A stretch of DNA of 24,000 nucleotides from Anaerolineae bacterium (GTDB lineage: Bacteria; Chloroflexota; Anaerolineae; Promineifilales; Promineifilaceae). The stretch covers positions 348,138-372,137 of the forward strand of contig JAHDWK010000005.1 in the NCBI GenBank assembly GCA_023382655.1, written 5' to 3'. The position numbers and the translations under genes are program-made. A model generated the notes under the pieces. The model saw only the letters and a list, made by a program, of their open reading frames with translations. It searched no databases and had not been told where the DNA came from. Positions 14,406 to 23,318 of this stretch are shown one piece after another. The number at the start of each line of letters is the position of its first letter. The stretch's first letter is position 1.

Positions 14406-16888
14406 GCCAATCAAGCCTTATTTCAATACGGAAAGGGGCAGGCGATGGCGGTCTTGCGGCTCGTCGGGCTGTGATCCGTTGGGCGTGGCGGCTGTTTCGC
14501 CGTGAGTGGCGGCAGCAACTGTTGGTATTGGGTCTGCTTACCCTGGCTGTGGCTACGGCCGTTTTCACTGCTGCATCGGCTTACAACCTGGCTCCTGTGC
14601 CGGGTAATGCTGAGTTTGGTATGGTAAATCATTACCTCCAGTTCAATGCCATTACGCCAGAAGGATTGGCGCAGGATATTGCCTTTGCCGAAACACAGTA
14701 TGGTACCATTGAGGTCATCGGCCGTTGGTTTGTGGCAGTACCTGGCTCAGTAGAGAGCATCGAGTTTAGGGCGCAAAACCCGCAAGGGGCTTATAGTGGG
14801 CCGATGTTGGCGCTGCTAGACGGCCGTTACCCCACCCACGCTGATGAAGTTGCCGTAACGGATGATGTGGCGGCAACCTTCGCTCTGGGCATTGGCGACC
14901 CCTTTGCCCTTGATGGTGTGGCGCGGACGGTGGTGGGCATAGTCGAAAATCCCAGCGACTTAAATGCTGAATTTGCCCTGGTGTCCCCCTCGTCCGATGA
15001 ACTACCGCAAGAGGTGATAATCCTGGTTGAGGCCACTGACGAGCAGGTGATCCCCTTTCGCGCACCCAGTGGAGCGACAACAACGAGGGCACGGCGGCCA
15101 GGCAACGAAGATGTAGTCGCCGCTGTAGGCGTCTTTGGCTCCACAGCCGTGACAATGCTGCTCATCGCGCTCGTCGCTACGACCAGTTTTATGGTGATAG
15201 CCCAGCGCCGCCTGCGCCAATTGGGTATGCTGGCGGCTGTCGGCGGCACCGAAAAGCACCTTCGTCTGGTGACGGTTGCCAGTGGGGTGATGATTGGTCT
15301 CCTGGCAGGGGTCATTGGTGTGGTGATCGGCCTGGCAGCCTGGTTGGCGGCGACGCCATTCATGGAACCGGTTGTTGGCTTTCGCATTAACCCGCTCAAT
15401 GTTCCCTGGTGGCTGATCGCTACCAATATCCTGCTGGCAATTATCACTGCCAGCGCAGCCGCCTGGTGGCCCGCACGTAGAATGGCGCGAATCCCTATTA
15501 TTCTGGCCCTTTCCGGCCGTCCACCCAAGCCGAAGCCAGCCCGACGTTCGGCAGCACTGGCCGGATTTTTTATCTTGGGCGGTGTCGTTTGCCTTGTCCT
15601 GGCCAACCAGACGAGCCAACTGCTTATTGTCATCGGTACTGTGGCGACTATCCTGGGGGTGCTGCTTATTGGCCCGTTTGTGCTCCAGGCTGTCGCCGCC
15701 GCAGCTGGATCGTTTCCCATTGCGGTGCGGTTAGCACTGCGCGATTTGGCCCGTTATCAGGATCGTGCCGGGGCAGCATTGGCGGCGATTAGCCTGGCTT
15801 TGGGTATTGCCGCAGCCATCGTCATCACTTCGGCGGCCGCAGAATTTACGGCCGACAAAGGCAACCTGGCCGAGAATCAGCTTTTAATTCGGACGGGCAC
15901 AGCGGTGCAGTCAGAGGGGGACAGTATTGGGGGACCATTTGTGCCAGACAGGACCCCCGCTGAACTGGACAACCTTGAAGCACAGATTACCCGATTGACG
16001 ACCGTATTGAACAATGCAGCGGTGATCCCTTTAGACGTAGCTTTCGACCCGGCGATGGAACCAGATCCCGCGTTTGGGGGGCGACCCACTGTTACCCTGG
16101 GCGAATACACCGATTTGGGTGGCATTAGCGGCTATCGAGACCTGACGCTGCTTTATGTGGCTACACCAGAGCTGCTCCATTATTATGGAATTGATGTGGA
16201 GACGATTGATCCGGCTGCAGAAGTTCTCACAGTCGAAACAGGTGAAATCAGGTTTATCGGCGTGTCCCGCTTGCCAGGCACGCGGCCGGAATTGGTAGCC
16301 AATTTTGAGCAAATATCTCCCAGTTATTCGTCGCTGCCTGGTTCATTTATCACACCGGATGCTCTGCGCCAGCGTGGTTGGGAAACGGCGCCGGTGGGCT
16401 GGCTGATTGAGGCCAATGGACCGCTCACCGCTGAGCAAATCGCTGCCGCCCGCCAGATTGCCGCAGATGCTGGTTTGACAATTGAATCACGCGACCACCA
16501 GGAAGGTTTGCTGGCCCTGCGTTCACGGGCAACGGCCGTTGGTTTATTCGTCGCCCTGGCTATTCTGGCCATGACCGTCGGCCTCATCCGCAATGAAGCA
16601 GCGGGTGATCTCAGAACACTGACGGCTGCAGGAGCTACGAGCAGGATTCGCCGCACTCTGACAGCGGCTACTGCTGGCACACTTGCCCTGCTTGGCGCTG
16701 TGCTAGGTACGGCGGGGGCATATGTCGCGCTCATCGCCGGGTACATGAGCGATATTTCAGCCCTGCGTCATGTGCCGGTTCTCAACTTACTGCTCATCGT
16801 GGTCGGTATTCCGTTGATCGCGGTGATGGCTGGCTGGATCATGGCTGGACGCGAACCGGTGATGCTCAGCCGACAACCTATCGAGTGA
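14402..16888 (+). CDS. ABC transporter permease with two FtsX-type modules and two large extracytoplasmic domains (BceB-like 10-TM architecture)
   Basis: The 828-aa product is coupled to the ATPase gene by an ATGA start/stop overlap. After the first TM helix comes a soluble domain of about 180 aa, then an FtsX-like 3-TM block (…AQRRLRQLGMLAAVGGTEKHLR…). Further TM helices are followed by a second soluble domain of about 220 aa. A second FtsX-like block closes the protein (…IRNEAAGDLRTLTAAGATSRIRR…). Confidence 0.85.
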   Translation: MSQSSLISIRKGAGDGGLAARRAVIRWAWRLFRREWRQQLLVLGLLTLAVATAVFTAASAYNLAPVPGNAEFGMVNHYLQFNAITPEGLAQDIAFAETQYGTIEVIGRWFVAVPGSVESIEFRAQNPQGAYSGPMLALLDGRYPTHADEVAVTDDVAATFALGIGDPFALDGVARTVVGIVENPSDLNAEFALVSPSSDELPQEVIILVEATDEQVIPFRAPSGATTTRARRPGNEDVVAAVGVFGSTAVTMLLIALVATTSFMVIAQRRLRQLGMLAAVGGTEKHLRLVTVASGVMIGLLAGVIGVVIGLAAWLAATPFMEPVVGFRINPLNVPWWLIATNILLAIITASAAAWWPARRMARIPIILALSGRPPKPKPARRSAALAGFFILGGVVCLVLANQTSQLLIVIGTVATILGVLLIGPFVLQAVAAAAGSFPIAVRLALRDLARYQDRAGAALAAISLALGIAAAIVITSAAAEFTADKGNLAENQLLIRTGTAVQSEGDSIGGPFVPDRTPAELDNLEAQITRLTTVLNNAAVIPLDVAFDPAMEPDPAFGGRPTVTLGEYTDLGGISGYRDLTLLYVATPELLHYYGIDVETIDPAAEVLTVETGEIRFIGVSRLPGTRPELVANFEQISPSYSSLPGSFITPDALRQRGWETAPVGWLIEANGPLTAEQIAAARQIAADAGLTIESRDHQEGLLALRSRATAVGLFVALAILAMTVGLIRNEAAGDLRTLTAAGATSRIRRTLTAATAGTLALLGAVLGTAGAYVALIAGYMSDISALRHVPVLNLLLIVVGIPLIAVMAGWIMAGREPVMLSRQPIE

Positions 16889-17212
16889 TCGCCTGCAAAG
16901 AGCATAGTCACCTGTGTTAGCTATCTCCAGGTGAAGTAGAAAATCTACCGTCAGCATCAGGTCAACGGCCGTGTTCACTACGTTTGGATTTTTGCCAGTG
17001 AATCAGAAGAGTCGTTGACAACGATTTTGACAACTGGTTATACGGGGTACACCCAACTTTATATGAACGGGCCTGGTTTGGGTCAACTGACAGGGCCAGT
17101 GGGTTGGCGATGAATTGCGTCTGAGACAGGATGAATACGGCCGTCCATGCCACTCTCTCGAGGGTTGGACAACAGTAAAAATGCAAGGGGAACAATCCAG
17201 GCAGTAAATTTC

Positions 17213-20173
17213 CTACATCATTTGTCGCTTGGCCAAATCGGCAAACACGCCTTCTGTTTTGATTAACTCGTCATAGGCGCCTTGCTGCACGACACGGCCG
17301 TCTTGCAGCACATAGATGCGGTCGGCGTTCATAATGGTGCTTAGCCGGTGGGCAATCACAATGCGGGTGGCCTGCAAATTATCCAGGCTCTCGCTGACAA
17401 TGGCCTGGGTGCGGTTGTCCAATGCGCTGGTAGCTTCGTCAAAAAAGAGGATGCGCGGCTGGTGTACCAGGGCACGAGCAATAAGCAGACGTTGCCGTTG
17501 TCCGCCAGACAGTGTGCCGCCACCTTCACTGAGTACCGTATGTAACCCCATGGGCATGGCTCTGATATCATCTTCCAGCCCGGCCATACGTACCGCCCGG
17601 CGGGCATCTTCAATGGTGAGCAGTGACGAGCCAACGATATTGGTGAAAATATCACCGGCCATCAATTTCCCGTTTTGTAATACCACGCCGATCTGGCGAC
17701 GTACCTCACGAATGTCTAAACCGGCCAGGTCACGGCCGTTGTAATAAACGGCGCCTGCCTCTGGCGTCTCAAAACCTAATAACAGGCGGAACAAGGTTGA
17801 TTTACCTGACCCTGAAGGCCCCACCAGGGCGACAAACTCACCGGGTTTCACCTGCACGGAAACATCCTGCAGAATGGCCGGCCCATCTGCCCGGTATCGG
17901 AAAGAAACGTGGCTAACTTCTAATTCTCCGGTCAATTCACCGGGGTCAGCTTTCATCTCATCCACTTCTGGTAAGGTTTCCAAAATCGGTTTGGCTCGTT
18001 CATAGGTGGGCACGATATTGAGGATAGTCACGACGGCCTGACCCAAAACCAGCACCGCCGCCAGGAATTGGACAAAAGCGGCATTAAACGCCAGAAATTG
18101 TCCGGTGGACATCGCTTCCTGACTAGAATAAGTAACCATTCCAAAGATGACAATGCTGGTGATCAGAGGAAAGGCAGCGTTAAACACTGTCAAGCGATTA
18201 GCCGTTTCACGCGCTTCATACTCTGTCTGCTTGTAACGGCTAAATTTACCGGCCCACGAAGCAAATGCATGACCTTCTACACCGGCAGCCCGCAATTTGG
18301 TTATCCCAGAGATCGTTTGCAGAACAATACCGGCGATCTGCCCCTGGAGATCAACCAATGAACGTTGATACCGAACCTGTACCCGTCCGGCGATGATGGT
18401 AACGGCCAGAGCTATGCTAACCAGAAATACAGCCACCAGTGCCAGACGGCCGTCATACCAAAAAAGCAACAACACCGAGGTGATGGAAAATACGCCTGTC
18501 AGCAACGATTGGACGACCACAGAAGACAATGTGCGTTCAATCATACTGATACCCATTACCCGCTGCCCCAGATCGCCGGCGGTATAGTCCCGGAAAAAGG
18601 AGACCGGCAACCCCAGCAGGCGATCCCACATAGCGGCCTGAATGGAATGCCCCATTTGCCCCTGCAAGCGTAACAGAGCTACGTTTTGGGTGATCTGCAC
18701 GCATAATGAGGCCAGGGCCACAAAAACCAGCAGAACACTCACCTGGAAAAGCTGCGCCCGGCTTTCATTGGGGATGATCTGGTCAATAATAAAGCCTGTT
18801 GCGATGGGAATGAACAATCCCAAAAGACTAATAACCAGGCCACATAAAAAGATGGTGCGCATGTCGTAGCCAATGTGACGCAGCCCAAACTTTACCAGAT
18901 CAAAGAGGGATAAGGCTTTTACAGGAAATGGCCGGTAAAAGGTAAAAGCGAAGGGATGTAACGTGCTGGCCACCTCTTCATCAACGACACGTTTTTCACC
19001 TGAAGACATGATCATCTCATATCTCTGACGTGGCCGTGGCAGTAAAGCTGCTGCCTGTTTTGGCTCCTCATCGCCGGCCAGAAAAGCCAACATAGGGCCA
19101 TGATTGAGCCGCCACCATTCTCCTTTGAGAGCGACGCGGCGTATTTGCACGCGGGAAGCACGGGTGATCTCGCTTAATGGATCAGCATTTTCTTTTTGAC
19201 GGCCGCCGGGTGGTTCTTTGAATTCGATGCCGAGTTGTGCGCCGAGCAGTTGGCAGGTAGCAAGCAAGGGATGGGTGTTACGGCCGTCTATCGCCGTCCG
19301 CTCCGCGGGGTTAATAAAACGGGCTGCCAGGTGACTGAGTGCCTGACCAACCATCTCCTGGTGAGAGGTGACTTTATTATGAAGACGTTCTTTGTCCTCC
19401 TCTCTCTTTTGATCCAGCCATTGTTCCAGAAAGCAGAGAATAAGCTGGTGAAACGGCGCCAGACCAAAACCTGTGGCGCCATTTTGGAGGAAGGCGGTGG
19501 TTGTGGTCACCTCAAGCTGGCTAGGCTCCATTGCTTTGAGCCAGGTACGGCTAGAGATAGGCCAGTAGAGTGTGCCATTCAGAACCGGCAACGCCACATT
19601 GCCCATAAAGGTAGATTTTCCCCTGGCGTGTCTGACCCACAAAATTCCTCGCCTGGCAGAGGCAGTGTCAGCAGGTTGCAACTGATTGCTCTGATTCAAT
19701 TCCAGGCGAATGCTTGTTTTGGGCGGTAAGACTGTTGCCAGGGCGGATGACAAATTACTAATCCAGCCGTCCACCAACGCCGCTACATGTGCGCCAAACT
19801 CCTCGTCACGCGCCAGATTCTCTAGTTGGCTTGCCTTCACTTGCAACAGGCTGGCGTTATTACTGCCTACAGCCAGCAGACCAACCCGGTCAACTTCAGG
19901 AACTAATGCCATGCCAAATAATGCCTGTCCGGCCGGTACACGAAACAGATGCTCCCGCGAACCGGCGACCTTGCCATTTTGCAGCGGCACGGCAAACAAG
20001 TCTACCCAACCGGCATAGACTACCCAGGCTATGGTGGGGTCGTTGAGCAATTCGGGGGCATTATTCCCCAATTTTTCCAGAAGGGCTGCCTTATAGCGCA
20101 AATGGAGCAGAAACAACTCTTCAACTTTATATTCTTCTGCCGGTTCTTGAGGAAGTTTTGTTGGTTCGTTCAT
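17213..20173 (-). CDS. NHLM/NHLP-type bacteriocin (RiPP) export ABC transporter, permease/ATPase subunit without peptidase domain, with an N-terminal extension of about 440 aa
   Basis: An ABC exporter TMD is followed by an NBD with Walker A GPSGSGKST, signature LSGGQRQRLLIARAL and Walker B ILFFDEATSALD. The long N-terminal region (e.g. LFRVPAGQALFGM) occupies the position where related exporters carry a cyclic-nucleotide-binding-like domain. I prefer the ATG at 20173 (MNEPTKLP...), which overlaps the upstream stop as ATGA. The tracked start at 20266 would overlap the upstream gene by 97 nt. Confidence 0.85.
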   Translation of the reverse strand: MNEPTKLPQEPAEEYKVEELFLLHLRYKAALLEKLGNNAPELLNDPTIAWVVYAGWVDLFAVPLQNGKVAGSREHLFRVPAGQALFGMALVPEVDRVGLLAVGSNNASLLQVKASQLENLARDEEFGAHVAALVDGWISNLSSALATVLPPKTSIRLELNQSNQLQPADTASARRGILWVRHARGKSTFMGNVALPVLNGTLYWPISSRTWLKAMEPSQLEVTTTTAFLQNGATGFGLAPFHQLILCFLEQWLDQKREEDKERLHNKVTSHQEMVGQALSHLAARFINPAERTAIDGRNTHPLLATCQLLGAQLGIEFKEPPGGRQKENADPLSEITRASRVQIRRVALKGEWWRLNHGPMLAFLAGDEEPKQAAALLPRPRQRYEMIMSSGEKRVVDEEVASTLHPFAFTFYRPFPVKALSLFDLVKFGLRHIGYDMRTIFLCGLVISLLGLFIPIATGFIIDQIIPNESRAQLFQVSVLLVFVALASLCVQITQNVALLRLQGQMGHSIQAAMWDRLLGLPVSFFRDYTAGDLGQRVMGISMIERTLSSVVVQSLLTGVFSITSVLLLFWYDGRLALVAVFLVSIALAVTIIAGRVQVRYQRSLVDLQGQIAGIVLQTISGITKLRAAGVEGHAFASWAGKFSRYKQTEYEARETANRLTVFNAAFPLITSIVIFGMVTYSSQEAMSTGQFLAFNAAFVQFLAAVLVLGQAVVTILNIVPTYERAKPILETLPEVDEMKADPGELTGELEVSHVSFRYRADGPAILQDVSVQVKPGEFVALVGPSGSGKSTLFRLLLGFETPEAGAVYYNGRDLAGLDIREVRRQIGVVLQNGKLMAGDIFTNIVGSSLLTIEDARRAVRMAGLEDDIRAMPMGLHTVLSEGGGTLSGGQRQRLLIARALVHQPRILFFDEATSALDNRTQAIVSESLDNLQATRIVIAHRLSTIMNADRIYVLQDGRVVQQGAYDELIKTEGVFADLAKRQMM

Positions 20174-22449
20174 GCGGTTATTGACTCCCATATTGAATCG
20201 AGTAGTCGCTCTGATTTGGGTGTATCCGCTTGGATCAGGTGGGCGTAATGCCCACCTTTGCGCCACAATTGTTCGTGTGTGCCACGCTCTACGACCAGTC
20301 CCTTGTCTAGCACAATGATTTCATCACAATCACGGATGGTACTCAAACGATGGGCGATTATAAGACAGGTACAGCCCCGACGGCGCAAGTTGTTGTCCAC
20401 AATTTTTTCGGTAACGGGATCCAGGGCGCTAGTGGCTTCATCCAATACCAGGATAGAGGGATTGGTGACCAGGGCGCGGGCAATTTCCAGACGCTGCCGC
20501 TGACCGCCGCTAAAGTTACGGCCGCCTTCACTTACCAGGCGATCATAGCCGTCGGGCTGGTTAGCAATATCATCATGGATGTGAGCATCCTTGGCGGCCT
20601 GGATGACGCTTTCTTCAGGAATGAACGAATCCCACATGGTCAAGTTCTCTTTAACTGACCCGGCAAACAAGAATATATCCTGGTCTACGATGGAGAGAGA
20701 GTTATTTAATATGATCCGCGGGATATGGGCGCGGGTTTGTCCATCAAACAGAATTTGACCTTCCCAGGGTTGATACAGGCCCGCTACCAGTCTGGCAACG
20801 GTAGATTTGCCGCTGCCGCTGCCCCCTACCAGAGCGACGCGGGAGCCTGGTTCCAGGTAGAGGTTAAAATCCTCAATAAGGGGTTTGGCTAATTTGCTGT
20901 AACCAAACGTGATGTGGCGCAATTCGATGGTTCCAGATAGTTTGGTCGGGCTGTTTTCCAGGTGCGCAGTGGAGTCTACCACCTGTACCTGGGGATCAGG
21001 TTGGTAATCAAGAACGTCATCTAATTTGTTGAGAGAGGCTTCCATTTCCTGTAGCTGGGCGCCCAGGCCCACCATCTCGTTGACAGGGGTCAGAAAGCTG
21101 ATCATCAGGGTTTGAAAAGCTACCAAAACACCGAGAGAAAGCTGGCCGTTTATGATTTGCAGGCCGCCAATGGTCAGGATAACAACACTGGTTAAAGTTG
21201 TCAGGAAGAGGGGTACGGCCGTGACAATTTGTGTTGTCTGGCCTAGTTCTTGGGTGGCGTTAAATACTTTGGCCTGATAACCTGCCCAGCGAGCAAAAAA
21301 GTCAGGCTCCCCGCCGGTAGCTTTGATTGTTTCAATGTTTTGCAGCCCACTAAAAGCTGTGGCCAACATCTTGCTGTTTTCCATTACCAGCCGTTGGTTA
21401 GCATCTGTGCGCCGACGAGAAGCAGCCCGCAATACCACAAAGTTAAGTGCGGCCATGCCAATACCCACCAGGGTTAATAAAACGCTATAACGAAACATGA
21501 CCGCAGCGTAGAAAGCAATTAATACGAGATTGAGCAAGGAAGTGGCCAGTTGACCGGAAAGTAATTGGGCTACCCGATCATTGATGCCCACCCGGGAACT
21601 GATGTCGCCGGCGCTGCGCTGGGTGAAAAACTCAATGGGCAGGCGCAAAATGTGCCAGAGCAGCCGACTGGAATTGAGTAATGAAAGTCGGGATTCCAGC
21701 CGCAGCAGATAATGTTGTTGCACGGCCGTGAGTATTCCGCGTAGTACGGCCGTGATTCCCATACCAATCAACAATGGCCCCACCCACGATTCCATTCCCT
21801 GTACCAGATAGTAATCTACAAAAAACGCGGAAAATGCCGGAATCAAAATACCTGGAATCAATAACAACAGGCTCACCAGAACGATATACAGTAGGGCTGT
21901 TTCTGACCCCCGCAAACGTTTGTACAAAGCAGTGAACAGGCTGCCCTGTTTGCTCTCTTTTTTGAATTGTTCGCTCTTTTCAAAAGTAAGCACCACGCCT
22001 GTAAAAGCCTGATCAAACTCTTCCGTGGAAACCACACGCGGGCCTGTGGCTGGATCGTTCAGAAAAACCTTGTCTTTGCTAAAACCTTCCACTACCAGAA
22101 AATGATTAAAATTCCAGTGGACGATCATGGGTAGAGGCAAGTCACGCAAAGGGCCTGGGCCATAGCGGAATCCTCTGGCCGTCAGGCCATAGGTACGGGC
22201 GGCGCGCAAGACATTGCTGGCCTTGCTGCCATCACGCGAGACGCCACATTGCACCCGCAACTCTTCCAGCGGCACATAACAACCATGGAAAGCTAACACA
22301 ATCGCCAGAGCGGCCGCGCCACATTCCACCGCCTCCATCTGTAAGATAGTTGGTGTTTTCACGCGCTGCTTGCGGGGCCAACGGCGAGATTTTCGCACGC
22401 GAGATTCTCGCGCACTCTCCTTGTTTTCCACTTGCATTTCTTGGGTCAT
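20170..22449 (-). CDS. NHLM/NHLP-type bacteriocin export ABC transporter with N-terminal C39 leader peptidase domain (peptidase/permease/ATPase)
   Basis: The C39 domain shows PTILQMEAVECGAAALAIVLAFHG (catalytic Cys) and IVHWNFNHFLVVEG (His). A six-helix TMD follows. The NBD has GGSGSGKST, FSGGQRQRLEIARAL and ILVLDEATSALD. The ATG at 22449 has AGGTG upstream. The tracked start at 22455 is a GTG. Confidence 0.9.
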   Translation of the reverse strand: MTQEMQVENKESARESRVRKSRRWPRKQRVKTPTILQMEAVECGAAALAIVLAFHGCYVPLEELRVQCGVSRDGSKASNVLRAARTYGLTARGFRYGPGPLRDLPLPMIVHWNFNHFLVVEGFSKDKVFLNDPATGPRVVSTEEFDQAFTGVVLTFEKSEQFKKESKQGSLFTALYKRLRGSETALLYIVLVSLLLLIPGILIPAFSAFFVDYYLVQGMESWVGPLLIGMGITAVLRGILTAVQQHYLLRLESRLSLLNSSRLLWHILRLPIEFFTQRSAGDISSRVGINDRVAQLLSGQLATSLLNLVLIAFYAAVMFRYSVLLTLVGIGMAALNFVVLRAASRRRTDANQRLVMENSKMLATAFSGLQNIETIKATGGEPDFFARWAGYQAKVFNATQELGQTTQIVTAVPLFLTTLTSVVILTIGGLQIINGQLSLGVLVAFQTLMISFLTPVNEMVGLGAQLQEMEASLNKLDDVLDYQPDPQVQVVDSTAHLENSPTKLSGTIELRHITFGYSKLAKPLIEDFNLYLEPGSRVALVGGSGSGKSTVARLVAGLYQPWEGQILFDGQTRAHIPRIILNNSLSIVDQDIFLFAGSVKENLTMWDSFIPEESVIQAAKDAHIHDDIANQPDGYDRLVSEGGRNFSGGQRQRLEIARALVTNPSILVLDEATSALDPVTEKIVDNNLRRRGCTCLIIAHRLSTIRDCDEIIVLDKGLVVERGTHEQLWRKGGHYAHLIQADTPKSERLLDSIWESITA

Positions 22450-22489
22450 AGACACACCTGATGGTTAGAAGCTAAAATTTGTAAAAAAG

Positions 22490-23314
22490 TTACCTACCGG
22501 AAAAGAGCAATTCAATAGGACGTTGCCAACCAATGACGATGTTTGCCTGCCCCAAAGAGCCACTGGTAAGTGAAAAATCCGGTCCCGAAGCCGATGTCCA
22601 GGCCAGTCCCGTAGGTGTTGTGGCATCTTCTAATAGGGCAATGCGCACCTTCACAGGTGCATCACTGTTCGCAATCATTGCCGCCAATTCTTCATTGCCT
22701 ATGTTGGCGACAATCCCTGACCAGGAAGAGGGGAAACTGTCAATAGAAACAATTTGCCCCAAAAGGAAACCATACTCTTCTGGTAACGCGGTTTCTGGCG
22801 CCAGTTTCACCGCTAGACCTGGCGATAAGCGCCGGGCATCCTGCCGGGAGAGATAAGCGACAGCTTCCAGGTAAACCTGACCATCAACAGGCTCCAGGCT
22901 GACAATGGGTGCGCCCGGTTCAATCAAATACCCCTCATTTGTTTTCACCTCAACGACACGGCCGTTGTATGGAGAAAGAACGGGCTGTACCGTATCCTGG
23001 CCGATAGATTTGATATGGGCAATAACCTGACCCGCTTCTACTACGTTTCCCGATGAGACGGTCAGATCGGAAACCTGGCCGCCATATAATGAGATGACAT
23101 TCTGAATGCCACCCGGTGGCAGAAAGATGACGGGACCGGCCACTTCCACCGGCATACGGCTGAATATGCTCCAGAGTACGGCCGTCAGTAAAAGCCCCAT
23201 TAACCCTGCCAGAGCGAGCCAACTTTTAGAGCCGGTTACATGCATCAGCAAATCGAGTTGTTCAGGGGATGATAATCTGTCTAGAGCCACTTTTCGGAAA
23301 ATTTGTGAGGTCAT
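22490..23314 (-). CDS. HlyD-family membrane fusion / secretion protein of the NHLM export system (unusually short, coiled-coil hairpin essentially absent)
   Basis: The 274-aa product begins IFRKVALDRLSSPEQLD and carries a TM helix (WLALAGLMGLLLTAVLWSIF). The lipoyl-like halves are GGQVSDLTVSSGNVVEAGQVIAHIKS and SPYNGRVVEVKTNEGYLIEPGAPIVSLEP. Only about 10 residues separate them. The gene lies immediately upstream of the two ABC genes. Confidence 0.78.
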   Translation of the reverse strand: MTSQIFRKVALDRLSSPEQLDLLMHVTGSKSWLALAGLMGLLLTAVLWSIFSRMPVEVAGPVIFLPPGGIQNVISLYGGQVSDLTVSSGNVVEAGQVIAHIKSIGQDTVQPVLSPYNGRVVEVKTNEGYLIEPGAPIVSLEPVDGQVYLEAVAYLSRQDARRLSPGLAVKLAPETALPEEYGFLLGQIVSIDSFPSSWSGIVANIGNEELAAMIANSDAPVKVRIALLEDATTPTGLAWTSASGPDFSLTSGSLGQANIVIGWQRPIELLFSGR

Positions 23315-23318
23315 ATCT

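Larger units (their letters stand above)
969..23185. repeat. Dispersed, highly over-represented 8-bp palindrome ACGGCCGT (48 exact copies by manual scan)
   Basis: Copy starts: 969, 1029, 1049, 1219, 1281, 1853, 2309, 3554, 3657, 3718, 4372, 4414, 5938, 5951, 6347, 6529, 7076, 7612, 7660, 7861, 7882, 8222, 8690, 9340, 9555, 9880, 10043, 10654, 11099, 11198, 11368, 12221, 12274, 13740, 14555, 14820, 16532, 16965, 17137, 17294, 17732, 18446, 19280, 21215, 21722, 21746, 22958, 23178. Flanking bases are not conserved, so the unit is the 8-mer itself. Confidence 0.9.

Noticed and set aside
16889-17212. Convergent intergenic region searched for RiPP precursor genes (77-aa - strand ORF 16962-17195; tiny ORFs MNTAVHATLSRVGQQ and MDGRIHPVSDAIHRQPTGPVS) and noted TTGACAAC direct repeat / TCGTTGaCAACGA palindrome near 17011-17034
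   Set aside because: None of the ORFs has a convincing SD, a Gly-Gly leader motif or NHLP/Nif11 resemblance. The short repeat and the 6-bp-arm palindrome are within what chance can produce.
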